This document shows positions 18,665 through 28,118 of a stretch of 64,000 nucleotides of DNA, one piece after another. A model generated the notes under the pieces. The model did no database searches. It worked only from the letters and a program-made list of their open reading frames with translations, and was not told where the DNA came from. Every line of letters starts with the position of its first letter. Within the stretch, counting starts at the first letter, position 1. The DNA is from an uncultured Candidatus Saccharibacteria bacterium (lineage in GTDB: Bacteria > Patescibacteriota > Doudnabacteria > UBA920 > 2-01-FULL-46-14), in the NCBI GenBank assembly GCA_964565195.1, contig CAZMCQ010000003.1:24080-88079 (forward strand), written 5' to 3'. A program made the translations under genes and the position numbers.

Positions 18665-20019
18665 AAAAGAATTTGCGGCGGTTTTGGAAACTAGGCCGCG
18701 AGGAATTTAACACCCAATTTTTCGACATCACCAAAAAAGGCGAGCTCATGGTCAAGGAGGGCAATTATCAATATAACCTCCTTGAACTAGTCAAAAAATA
18801 CGGCTCAACCCTCGAGATCGTCTTCCCGTTTATTATTGAGACGCGGGTGCGCAACTTGATCGACATCTTCAACGCGTACATTAAGCTCAATGATTATAAG
18901 GGGAAGTTTTTTTATCACTACCCGATGAAGGTGAACCAGAACAAGGAGTTTGTTCTGCCGCTCATTTCCGAGGGCGCCAATCTCGAGACTTCTTCGGCGA
19001 ACGAGCTTTGGATTGTGAAACGGCTCTGGGAGCAGGAGAAATTCAATGCCAAAATTCGGGTTTTGTGCAACGGCCCGAAAACGCAAAAATATCTAAGTCT
19101 CATCGAGGAGCTTGACCGCAAAGGGGTGATCATTACGCCGATTATCGAGGAATGGCAGGAGATGGAATTTTTCCGTAGATACAAAGGCGAGGTGGGCATC
19201 CGCGTGGATCTGGATGTGAAGGTCAAATCGCATTGGGACAAGCGGTTCAACCATTTCGGTTTTCCCGAGGAAGAGCTCCTCAAAATGGGCAAGATCCGCA
19301 ATCTGGGAATTTTAAGCTACCACATCTCGAGCCAGATCGAGAAGATTGAAGGGCTGACCGCGCCGATCAAGCGGGCCGTGGCGCTTTACGCAAAGCTGCG
19401 CCTGAAAAATCCGCAGCTTGATACCATCAATATTGGCGGCGGCGCCGGCGTGCCGTATGAGAAGCGGCCTTTTTACACCGGCAAGGCGGCGGCGCATTTC
19501 ATTGTCCGTACCTTCAAGCAGGTCTGCCGGAAATTGGATGTCAAAGAGCCGAATATCATCTGCGAATGGGGGCGCTGGGCCGTGGCGCCGGCGCAGATTT
19601 CAATTTTTAAAGTGCTTTCCCAGAAAGACGTGGAAAATGGCCATACCAAGAAGTGGTACATCGTGGATGGCAGTTTTATGAATGATTTAGCAGACACCTG
19701 GGCCATCCATCAGAGATGGCACATCGTGCCAGTTAATGATATGGCGAGTCGGCGCCTGCAGAAAGTTTGGCTCACCGGCTCCTCCTGCGACAGCGATGAT
19801 AAATACACGGCGGGCGGTGGGTATATTTTATTGCCAAAGATTGAGGAGGGCTATGACCAATACATTGCCATTTTCGATACCGGCGCATATCAGGATTCCC
19901 TGGCTTCGCATCACTGCCTCTTATCGAGTCCGGCGAAGATCATCGCCCAGGATGGCGACATCACCATTGCGCGCAAGCGCGAAACCGCAGAGGAAATCGG
20001 CAAACAATTCGGGTGGTAA
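18661..20019 (+). CDS. fold-type III PLP decarboxylase, short arginine decarboxylase-like
   Basis: YPMKVNQ (PLP Lys), HISSQI, NIGGG, CDSD and GAYQ motifs. Confidence 0.85.
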   Translation: MKKNLRRFWKLGREEFNTQFFDITKKGELMVKEGNYQYNLLELVKKYGSTLEIVFPFIIETRVRNLIDIFNAYIKLNDYKGKFFYHYPMKVNQNKEFVLPLISEGANLETSSANELWIVKRLWEQEKFNAKIRVLCNGPKTQKYLSLIEELDRKGVIITPIIEEWQEMEFFRRYKGEVGIRVDLDVKVKSHWDKRFNHFGFPEEELLKMGKIRNLGILSYHISSQIEKIEGLTAPIKRAVALYAKLRLKNPQLDTINIGGGAGVPYEKRPFYTGKAAAHFIVRTFKQVCRKLDVKEPNIICEWGRWAVAPAQISIFKVLSQKDVENGHTKKWYIVDGSFMNDLADTWAIHQRWHIVPVNDMASRRLQKVWLTGSSCDSDDKYTAGGGYILLPKIEEGYDQYIAIFDTGAYQDSLASHHCLLSSPAKIIAQDGDITIARKRETAEEIGKQFGW

Positions 20020-20031
20020 AATTTTTTCGAC

Positions 20032-21000
20032 ATGAACGTCAAATTTTTCACCGAGCTTGACAGGAAAAGTGTTCTGGAGGCCGGGGGCAAGGGGGCCTCG
20101 CTTGGGGAGATGACCAGCGCCAAAATTCCCGTGCCGCCGGGGTTTGTGGTTTTGGCCGCGGCTTTTGACCGCTTCCTCGCAGAAACCGATTTAGATTCGG
20201 AAGTCGAAGCGATTTTAAAAAAAGTCAACGCCAAAGACGTGAACTCTGTAGATAAAGCCTCGGCCGAGATCCGGGATTTGATCCACCGCGAGCAGATGCC
20301 CAAAGATTTGCAAAAAGAAATTGTCGCGGCTTATGATATTTTATTCCCCTCCCTTGAGGGGAGGGGCAAGGGGAGGGTGAAAGGACTTGTTGCGGTCCGC
20401 TCGTCAGCCACTGCCGAGGATTCCAAAGTCGCCTCCTGGGCAGGGGAACTGGAGACTTATCTGAATGTTCAGGAAAAAGGTTTAATCCGCGCGGTAATGA
20501 AGTGCTGGTCCTCGCTTTTTACGCCGCGCGCGATTTTTTACCGCTTTGAGAAGAAACTGCACCGCAAGCCGGTTTCTGTCGCGGTGGTGGTGCAGGAAAT
20601 GGTTCAGTCCGAGATTTCCGGCGTTGCTTTCACCGTGCACCCGGTTACAAAAGACTACAATCAAATGGTGATTGAGGCCGGGTTTGGTCTGGGGGAAGCG
20701 ATCGTTTCCGGCCAGATCACGCCAGATACCTACGTTGTGCACAAAAACGATTTTTCGATTCTCGATATAAATGTTTCAGAGCAGAAGATGGCAATTGTCA
20801 GAAGCGCTGGCGGCGATATTCACAAGAACCTGTCTGTAAAAGTAGGCAGCAAACAAAAACTCACGGGCAAGCAGATTGTGACACTCGCGAAAATCTGCAA
20901 AGGCATTGAAAAACACTACAAACACCCGCAAGACATAGAATGGGCCTATGTGAAGGGCAAATTCTACATCACTCAATCCCGCCCGATAACGACTTTATGA
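20032..21000 (+). CDS. stand-alone PEP/pyruvate-binding ATP-grasp domain (PPDK_N)
   Basis: GGKGASLGEM, VRSSATAED, GLGEAIVSG, DIEWA; ends at QSRPITTL with no His or substrate domain. Confidence 0.92.
   Translation: MNVKFFTELDRKSVLEAGGKGASLGEMTSAKIPVPPGFVVLAAAFDRFLAETDLDSEVEAILKKVNAKDVNSVDKASAEIRDLIHREQMPKDLQKEIVAAYDILFPSLEGRGKGRVKGLVAVRSSATAEDSKVASWAGELETYLNVQEKGLIRAVMKCWSSLFTPRAIFYRFEKKLHRKPVSVAVVVQEMVQSEISGVAFTVHPVTKDYNQMVIEAGFGLGEAIVSGQITPDTYVVHKNDFSILDINVSEQKMAIVRSAGGDIHKNLSVKVGSKQKLTGKQIVTLAKICKGIEKHYKHPQDIEWAYVKGKFYITQSRPITTL
20346..20378. repeat. family B element in frame within the ATP-grasp gene
   Basis: CCCCTCCCTTGAGGGGAGGGGCAAGGGGAGGGT encodes PSLEGRGKGRV. Confidence 0.75.
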
Positions 21001-21457
21001 AAACTTACGTGTTCATTGACGCATCAAATCTCTTTTACGGAGGCGAAATGTCCTTCTACTCACAATTCAAGGTCGATCTCGGAGACCCGAACCGCTACCG
21101 GACCTTAGGTGAGCTGGTAGCAGCCGTCTACCGGCAAATTTACTATTACAACAACGAGCGAATCCACACCAAATTAAAAATGCCGCCCAAGCTTTATGCC
21201 GAGCGACATCAATTAACAACTAATCCCGTATCCGTTAGACTGTAGACAAGATGTCTAAAGAACGGGGAGCAGGCCAGTTAGTGCTATCGGGCGATGGTGA
21301 TTTTTTGCCGGTGTTGAAACACTTAAAAGATCAGGGTAAACAAGTTATACTCCTTGCAAGAGGCCCGCGAACGGCAAAGGAGATAAGACAGTTTGCAGGA
21401 CCCAATTTCAGGGATTTTGAATACCTGAAATTCCTTCTGAAAATGGATGACATATAA
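20997..21457 (+). pseudogene. NYN-domain gene disrupted by an IS3 remnant, central part missing
   Basis: N-terminus MKTYVFIDASNLFYG and C-terminus LSGDGDFLPVL separated by IS sequence. Confidence 0.8.
21049..21276 (+). mobile_element. IS3-family 3' remnant (transposase C-terminus plus right IR)
   Basis: SFYSQFK...YYNNERIHTKLKMPP; end reads TGGCCTGCTCCCCGTTCTTTAGACA on the minus strand. Confidence 0.8.
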
Positions 21458-21533
21458 AACGAAGCGGACTCGTATAGAATCCGCTTCACGTTTAGTACTT
21501 ATAGCGTATACTAAAGCTGCTAAATTTGTCAAA

Positions 21534-21595
21534 TGGCCTATGCCAAGGGTAAATTCTATATCATCCAATCAAGGCCAATCACGACATTGAAGTAA
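21534..21595 (+). pseudogene. orphan duplicate of the ATP-grasp gene 3' end (AYAKGKFYIIQSRPITTLK*)
   Basis: Diverged direct repeat of 20941-21000. Confidence 0.85.
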
Positions 21596-21656
21596 TATTC
21601 ATATTTTCCAATTCTATGGAATTGGATACCAAATTTTACCAAATTATGGCTTTGAA

Positions 21657-22730
21657 ATGAGGATTAAATACGAATTATATTGGGAGGATATTGGTGAAAG
21701 AGTAATTTACGCAGAATTGGACGATTATGCTTGGAAACTACCCGAAAAAGTATTTAGATATAGAAAAAAGAATTCTCTATATATTTATCATCATGGAAAA
21801 ATGGCCGCATTTTATTCCAAGGATGATTCCCGGATAGAGGCAGCGATTGGAAGAAAATTTTTTAGTAAATCGATCAATGCGGCAAAAGTCGGTAAGCTCC
21901 AGGTAAGGAGTTTTAATAAAGTTAGAAACTATCAAAAAAAGATAAAACATGAAGAGATTATCAAACTTTTCGATAAAAATTTGAAACAAATGATATTTAA
22001 AACCCTCAATCTTTATCGTGAGGCCTTAAGCGTCCACTATTTAACCCAACCCCAATTTTTTGAAGGATTTAATGCTAGGGATTCAGAACGTTATTCTCAA
22101 ATTCTAAAAAAGCTTGCAGGAAATAGATTCACGTATACGAGAATTGCCTGGACATCTGCTTTTCAGCTAGCCAAATTTTTGCTAAGAGAGTATAGCAAAA
22201 GAATGAAGATAGGTCTTGAACAAGCTGAAAGCCTTTTATATAGAGAGCTTGCACAAAATAAAATTACGAAGAAACAACTAATAAAACGAGCTAAAGCATT
22301 TGTTTTAATTTCCAAAAATCATAGATTTAAACTTTATACGGGCAAGACAGTCCAAAAATATATTGATAAATATGAAAATTATCGCAATATTAGCTCGGTG
22401 AAGGGTATTATAGGCAACAAGAGAGGCAGAGTAAGGGGGAAAGCCTTTGTGGTTAGTAATGAAAATTTAGATCTTAACAAATTACCTAGGGGGATGAAAA
22501 AGGGTATGATTTTGATTGTTCAAAACGCGTGGCCCGAATTTGCTAAATATTACAAACTTGCCTCCGCAATTATTACAAACGAGGGTGGAATTACCTCACA
22601 CGGAGTGGTTGTTTCTCGAGAGTTCGGAATTCCCTGCATCGTTGGCACTAAAATTGCCACCAAAGTCTTCAAGGACGGGGATCTGGTCGAGGTGGATGCG
22701 AACAGGGGGATTGTCAAAAAAATAAACTAG
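21657..22730 (+). CDS. variable N-terminal domain plus PEP-utilising phospho-His swivel domain, protein 1
   Basis: GGITSHGVVVSREFGIPCIVG..DGDLVEVDA at C-terminus; AT-rich body. Confidence 0.88.
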   Translation: MRIKYELYWEDIGERVIYAELDDYAWKLPEKVFRYRKKNSLYIYHHGKMAAFYSKDDSRIEAAIGRKFFSKSINAAKVGKLQVRSFNKVRNYQKKIKHEEIIKLFDKNLKQMIFKTLNLYREALSVHYLTQPQFFEGFNARDSERYSQILKKLAGNRFTYTRIAWTSAFQLAKFLLREYSKRMKIGLEQAESLLYRELAQNKITKKQLIKRAKAFVLISKNHRFKLYTGKTVQKYIDKYENYRNISSVKGIIGNKRGRVRGKAFVVSNENLDLNKLPRGMKKGMILIVQNAWPEFAKYYKLASAIITNEGGITSHGVVVSREFGIPCIVGTKIATKVFKDGDLVEVDANRGIVKKIN

Positions 22731-23336
22731 ATGATCAAGTTAATCATCATTGATTTCTACGGGGTGATGACTTGCGGAAGTTATAAAGAAACTTGTCAGT
22801 GGATAGCGAAGAAATATAAGTTGGATTATCGATTCGTTTATAAAATTGTTTATCATAAATATTTTGGGCAAGCAGCGCTAGATAAAATCACCGAGCGCGA
22901 GTCCTTTGAGCTGCCAGCCAGAGAGCTGGGCCTGAAAGAAAGTTGGCGGGAGTTGCTGGTAAAGCACACATCCTTTCAGAAACTTCGTTTATCTGTTTTT
23001 AATCTTGCCAGAGATTTGCAAAAACAGGGTTATCTGATCCTGCTGCTCTCGAAGAATACCAGGGGGCAATTTGATTATGCCTTACGAAAAATGAATATCA
23101 GGCGTTATTTTAAAAATATCATCAACACGCTGGATTTGAAATTACCAAAGGCCTCGACCAAAACCATCAGATACGTGCTGAAAAAATTTCGCGTCAAACC
23201 CTCAGAAACCATAATGGTTGATGATCAAGATTTTAATCTGACTGAACCGGCCAAGCTCGGCGTGCACACCATCCTTTATAAAAATCCTCGACAATTAAAA
23301 ACGGGCCTCCGCAAGGGCCTTTACAATAAAGTTTAG
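22731..23336 (+). CDS. HAD-IA family hydrolase
   Basis: IIIDFYGV, LLSKN and MVDDQDFN motifs. Confidence 0.8.
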   Translation: MIKLIIIDFYGVMTCGSYKETCQWIAKKYKLDYRFVYKIVYHKYFGQAALDKITERESFELPARELGLKESWRELLVKHTSFQKLRLSVFNLARDLQKQGYLILLLSKNTRGQFDYALRKMNIRRYFKNIINTLDLKLPKASTKTIRYVLKKFRVKPSETIMVDDQDFNLTEPAKLGVHTILYKNPRQLKTGLRKGLYNKV

Positions 23337-24037
23337 ACGCCTGTTATGCTCGCGTGTTTGCCGCGTAAGTATTTCTGGAAATGCTGCCACTTCTTTTTAT
23401 CTAAGTTCCAATGCTCTGCGTCTTCAGCATACCATTTGAGCAGATTCGCCGCTTCCGGAGTTATAAGTTTATATTTCAGAGCATAGTTGTTGATATCATA
23501 AATATCGCCAAAGGATTGGAATTTAACCTTCATGTCTTTGACAAACTTTATGCACTCCCGCCCGCTTCTTCCGCAGTTGGTGCGGGACAATGGCACGATC
23601 ACCCAGTTGACCTTGAGGCCCGCTGTTCTTATATTTTTGATGAATTTCTTTTTTGCTACCCCATGACCTAAGGCGTCATCTACCAGCAGAGCTGCCATAC
23701 CTTTACGGTAATTTCCCTCAACCGCAAGGCTTAAGCCTCCGGGTTTTGGTTCCTTGCGTACATAGCCAAAGGGTTTATTTAGCGCCATACCCAGAGCAGT
23801 AGCCAGAGGAATACCGGCTGTTACTCCACCTAGAATCACGTCAAATTTGATTTTCTTAGATTTGATAAACTTGACAATCTCACTTACTATCATGCGCATT
23901 CGCCTTGGATCGCCAAGGGTTTTGCGCATATCCGGATAAATTGGACAGATGCGATTGCTTGTGGTAACTTTCGGGCCAATTTCAAAGAAAAATGGAGTGG
24001 TGGCAAAAGCCTTAATGATTTTCTGACTTTTGAGCAT
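23333..24037 (-). CDS. PyrE-like type I phosphoribosyltransferase (divergent)
   Basis: PIYPDMR, TAGIP, YVRKEPK and LVDDALGHG motifs. Confidence 0.82.
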   Translation of the reverse strand: MLKSQKIIKAFATTPFFFEIGPKVTTSNRICPIYPDMRKTLGDPRRMRMIVSEIVKFIKSKKIKFDVILGGVTAGIPLATALGMALNKPFGYVRKEPKPGGLSLAVEGNYRKGMAALLVDDALGHGVAKKKFIKNIRTAGLKVNWVIVPLSRTNCGRSGRECIKFVKDMKVKFQSFGDIYDINNYALKYKLITPEAANLLKWYAEDAEHWNLDKKKWQHFQKYLRGKHASITGV

Positions 24038-24146
24038 AAGATTATTCTAGCATTTTGGTAATAAAAAAACAGGCCTGAAACCTGGAAAAATTGGGAGTAG
24101 AAGGCGAGCCACAGAGGGTCTTCGCCTTCTACTAAAAAGCTTTGGA

Positions 24147-24755
24147 CTACTGCCGGCCGAGGTTGCCGAGGTATCGCAAGTCGCTCCATCTATCCTCAAC
24201 AAAATCGAGTATTCCAACAGCCCCTGGCTCAAATGGGGACATAGCGTGCCACTTAGAGTGGATAAGCCAGGCTATCGAGACCTCGATCCGCGAGCCGCCG
24301 TGGCTCGCTATGCCGATAGTTTTCCCTTGGTGGGAGCGGACAAAATAGTCAATCTCACGTCCCCCTTCCTCCCCGCGGCAGGTATTCGTCCCGCAGATCC
24401 ATTGCTCGTTGGATCTAAGGATCTGTTCTTCGACACTGACCCCAGCGGTTTTGGCATCGGCGCGTAGTTTCTCGAGTACGCCCGGAGTGAAGGGGTATAG
24501 ACCCAGTGTGGCATCGCCGATTACGTCATTCGTGTAGAGCGGGGCGATGAACCCCATCCCGAGCATGTTGTAATGCAGGGTCTGGATGGCTCGGCCCTTT
24601 GGGGAAGAAAATGCGACGTCGATCTTGTGGCCCATTTCCTTGAGCTTCTGGCCCGAGCGAATGCAACGTTCGATCGAGGCTAGCGGCAATGCGTCCATCG
24701 GTACTTCTTCGCCTTCCCGAGATTCATGCCGGAAAATCAGCACAGTAGTTTTCAT
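24147..24755 (-). CDS. histidine phosphatase family protein
   Basis: FRHE, SSPKGRAIQT and ASHGG motifs; SD AAGGAGG. Confidence 0.82.
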   Translation of the reverse strand: MKTTVLIFRHESREGEEVPMDALPLASIERCIRSGQKLKEMGHKIDVAFSSPKGRAIQTLHYNMLGMGFIAPLYTNDVIGDATLGLYPFTPGVLEKLRADAKTAGVSVEEQILRSNEQWICGTNTCRGEEGGREIDYFVRSHQGKTIGIASHGGSRIEVSIAWLIHSKWHAMSPFEPGAVGILDFVEDRWSDLRYLGNLGRQ

Positions 24756-24867
24756 TGAACCCTCCTTGGTTCATGTAGTTTTTTGGTTTTAGATTATAAA
24801 AAGAACGAAGGTATATGTTAGCAGATTTGCGCTGTTTTGTCAACAGTGACTATAATTAAGCTAAATT

Positions 24868-26316
24868 ATGCCAAAAAATAAGCCTGAAAAAGACCTTTGG
24901 ATGGTGGCAGCGGAAATACCTCAAGACACAGTTTTTATGATGAGTGGGGCTCTTAAATTTATGATTCAGTCGTGGCCCACAATTGGTTTAGGCGGCAAAG
25001 TCTCCAAGTATTTCAGTCTGTTTGAAGGTGATTTTTGCAGGATGTATTATCTGCGTACCGAATTCGACGCCCAAGCCGCATTTTTGGCCGACAAGATGAT
25101 TAGTGATCCAGACTGGGCGCTGGGGTTTATCAAAAAAGTGGAAAACTGGTCTGCCAACTTCTTCAAAGAATCAAAACGATTCAGGAAACTTAACTTTTCT
25201 CAACTAGATAACCAGCAGATGATACGAGAGTATCAGAAACCCCTCAAATATCATGTCCTCTCCCACGGCAATGGGTCATCTGTTTCTTGGCATGCGGATG
25301 CAGACAAACAGAAGGTGACCAAAGCAATGCTCAAGACCCTTCAGTGTACCCCCGAGCAATTTAGCACCCTTTCAACGCCGTACAGAGGGAGCTTGGTAAG
25401 GGATGAGGAAAAGGACATCTTGAGACTAGCGATAATAAAGGATAAACAAAAGTTGATTGCACATGCCAAAAAGTATGAGTGGTTAAACTACCAATACAAA
25501 GGACCAGCCTACGATTTTTCTTACTTTGACGAGAGATTTAAGGCATTACTGAAAGGTAAAAATGATTTTGCTCCCGATAAACTTCTTGAAAAAATATTGC
25601 AGGCAGAAAAAGCTTTGATTCCAAAACAGCAAAAACTTATCACGAGCCTGAAATTTAGCCGGCATCAGGTTAAACTAATCAGGCTGGCCCAGGCGCTGGT
25701 TTTTATAAAAGATTATCGTAAGGATGCGCTTTATCATGGTATGTATAGCTATGAGCCGTTTTTCCGAGAAGTAGGCCGACGCTTGGGTTTGAGTCTGGAC
25801 CAAGTAAGAGCGTTTAACTATTGGGAGGTAGGTCCGGCATTGTTGAAAGGTGCATTTGATCCTAATGAACTTAATCAAAGATTGAAATTCTGTGTTGCGT
25901 GGGTTGATAAGAAAAATTACATTGTGTACACGGGGGAAAAAGCCAGAGAAATTTTGAGCAAGATTAGTTTCGAGAAATTAAAGACAAGAGGTATCGAAGA
26001 ACTAATCGGAATGTGCGCCTGTCCGGGGGTAGTTAAAGGGATTGTGAAGATAGTTAATATTCCAGAAGATATGGAAAAGATGGAAACAGGCAATGTCCTT
26101 GTTGCACACAACACTAATCCCAATCTCGTTCCAGCCATGAAAATGGCAGCCGCGATAATTTCGGAAGCGGGGGGATTGACCTGTCACTCGGCCATCGTAG
26201 CCCGTGAATTTCAGATTCCATGTGTCGTGGGTGTACCTGGTGCAGACAAGATTTTGAGAGATGGGGATTTGGTAAAAGTTGATGCGACCAAAGGGATTAT
26301 TAAAAAACTAAAGTGA
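24868..26316 (+). CDS. variable N-terminal domain plus phospho-His swivel domain, protein 2
   Basis: TNPNLVPAM..GGLTCHSAIVAREFQIPCVVG motif. Confidence 0.88.
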   Translation: MPKNKPEKDLWMVAAEIPQDTVFMMSGALKFMIQSWPTIGLGGKVSKYFSLFEGDFCRMYYLRTEFDAQAAFLADKMISDPDWALGFIKKVENWSANFFKESKRFRKLNFSQLDNQQMIREYQKPLKYHVLSHGNGSSVSWHADADKQKVTKAMLKTLQCTPEQFSTLSTPYRGSLVRDEEKDILRLAIIKDKQKLIAHAKKYEWLNYQYKGPAYDFSYFDERFKALLKGKNDFAPDKLLEKILQAEKALIPKQQKLITSLKFSRHQVKLIRLAQALVFIKDYRKDALYHGMYSYEPFFREVGRRLGLSLDQVRAFNYWEVGPALLKGAFDPNELNQRLKFCVAWVDKKNYIVYTGEKAREILSKISFEKLKTRGIEELIGMCACPGVVKGIVKIVNIPEDMEKMETGNVLVAHNTNPNLVPAMKMAAAIISEAGGLTCHSAIVAREFQIPCVVGVPGADKILRDGDLVKVDATKGIIKKLK

Positions 26317-27800
26317 AACCTAAATATCTTCACGACAATGATCCTTGGATGCTCGCGGAAGATATCCCGGATATCGATTTTCAGTTTTCTCAAATTTGGC
26401 TCTCTTCTTTTGTCAACGATTTAGAAAAAACAGTTGGGCGGAATTACAAGAAAATTCTCTGTGTTTATAAAGGTCTAAACCTGAAATTTTATTATGGAGA
26501 GAAAGATTCTGACAACTTTGCCAAACACGTCCTCGGGCTGATTTTGAACAATCCGGATTTCGGTGTAAAAATAAATAAACAAATTCGAGTTTATTCAGAT
26601 CGGCTCAAAGGAAATTCCAGAATTATTACTCAGGACTTTTTGCGAAGTCTGTCAAATCAAGATTTAGCTAGCTTTTATCATGAACTAGATGCGCTTCATA
26701 CTGAACTCTATACTTGGGGTTGGCTACCCAATGCCGTCGACATGTTCCATGGAAACTTTACAAATCATCTGAAACGCCTTCTCCGGGCGAAGATTACAGA
26801 AGATCTGGTTAACGAAACGCTGGTAGCGCTATCCACGCATCCCGAAAAAAGCATTATTCAGCAAGAGCACCAGTCCTTTTTGGGTCTGGTCGTCATGAAG
26901 CAATCGAGAGCCCCCAAAGAAGCGTTCAAAGAAGCATTCAAAGCCCACTTGGATAAATATTTTTATCTCAAACACCTTTGGATTGGCAAAGATGGAGTCT
27001 ACGACGAACAGTATTATTTGGATGAAGTCAAAAAGTTTAAGACTTCGGCGAGGGAGCTTTTGGTAAAAGAAAACCAGGCTTTCCGGCAGACTTTGAGCAA
27101 GAGGATGAAACTATTATCAAAATTAAAATTCGTCCAAAAAGAAAAACAAATTTTGGATGTCTATGCAGAATTCGCTATTACCAAAATGTACCGGCGAGAT
27201 GCCCAAATTTTTTGGGCATACAAAATGGATTTTGTGTTTAGTGAACTATCGCGAAGACTGAAAATTCCTTTTGTGCAAACTCGTTTCATGTTTCCGCATG
27301 AAGTAATTTCTGCCCTGAAGGCGGGCTGGCTTGCACCTAACTTGAAAAAAGAATTGAAAGAAAGGGTTAAATACTGCGTTTATTATGCAGTGAAGGACCG
27401 GGATTATTTATTTATAACAAAAGCGGCAAAGGAATTGGAGGCTCAAATCAAACAAAATCTGGACGAGAATGTAAATGAATTAGTTGGGCAAACGGCTTGC
27501 CTGGGGAAGGCAAAGGGCGTGGCCAAAATAGTGAACTCACCCTTTGACATGCGAAAAATGAACAAAGGGGATATTCTCGTAAGTATCGCTACCAACCCAG
27601 ATATTGTGCCAGCCATGAAAAAAGCTGCGGCGATTGTGACAGAACAGGGCGGCATCACAAGCCACGCGGCCATTGTCTCACGAGAGCTGGGAATTCCTTG
27701 TGTCATCGGTACGAAAATCGCCACCAAAGTTTTTAAAGACGGTGATTTGGTCGAGGTGGATGCGAATAAAGGAACAGTGAGGAAAATTTCTAATTTCTAA
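26313..27800 (+). CDS. variable N-terminal domain plus phospho-His swivel domain, protein 3
   Basis: TNPDIVPAM..GGITSHAAIVSRELGIPCVIG motif. Confidence 0.88.
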   Translation: MKPKYLHDNDPWMLAEDIPDIDFQFSQIWLSSFVNDLEKTVGRNYKKILCVYKGLNLKFYYGEKDSDNFAKHVLGLILNNPDFGVKINKQIRVYSDRLKGNSRIITQDFLRSLSNQDLASFYHELDALHTELYTWGWLPNAVDMFHGNFTNHLKRLLRAKITEDLVNETLVALSTHPEKSIIQQEHQSFLGLVVMKQSRAPKEAFKEAFKAHLDKYFYLKHLWIGKDGVYDEQYYLDEVKKFKTSARELLVKENQAFRQTLSKRMKLLSKLKFVQKEKQILDVYAEFAITKMYRRDAQIFWAYKMDFVFSELSRRLKIPFVQTRFMFPHEVISALKAGWLAPNLKKELKERVKYCVYYAVKDRDYLFITKAAKELEAQIKQNLDENVNELVGQTACLGKAKGVAKIVNSPFDMRKMNKGDILVSIATNPDIVPAMKKAAAIVTEQGGITSHAAIVSRELGIPCVIGTKIATKVFKDGDLVEVDANKGTVRKISNF

Positions 27801-27842
27801 ACAACTGCTTGACAGATAAAACCCGTTGTATATACTATAGCT

Positions 27843-28118
27843 ATGAAGACTCAAATCATTATAAAGACGGATAGAGAGGTCAAGAAAACTGCGCAGAAAC
27901 TCGCCAAAGAATTGGGCCTGCCTTTAAGCACGCTGATTAATGCTTATTTGAGGGAATTTGTCAGAAGCCAAAAAATAACCATTTCGATGGAGCCTGAATT
28001 AAAGCCCGAGATCGGACGCCTTCTGAAAAAAGCCAGTGAAGATTTTAAAAAGGGACGGAACGTTTCTCCTGTTTTTGATAATACTAAGGAAATGCTGGAA
28101 TATTTGCATTCGCAATAA
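27843..28118 (+). CDS. RelB/DinJ-like antitoxin
   Basis: RHH-like start and SPVFDNTKEMLEYL end; promoter TTGACA(27809)...TATACT(27831). Confidence 0.8.
   Translation: MKTQIIIKTDREVKKTAQKLAKELGLPLSTLINAYLREFVRSQKITISMEPELKPEIGRLLKKASEDFKKGRNVSPVFDNTKEMLEYLHSQ

Noticed and set aside
20032-21000. Annotation as ppsA or rifampin resistance gene rph
   Set aside because: No pyruvate-binding domain and no single-chain RPH; substrate cannot be inferred
20940-21245. 101-aa ORF as a real gene
   Set aside because: Chimera of NYN N-terminus and IS3 transposase tail
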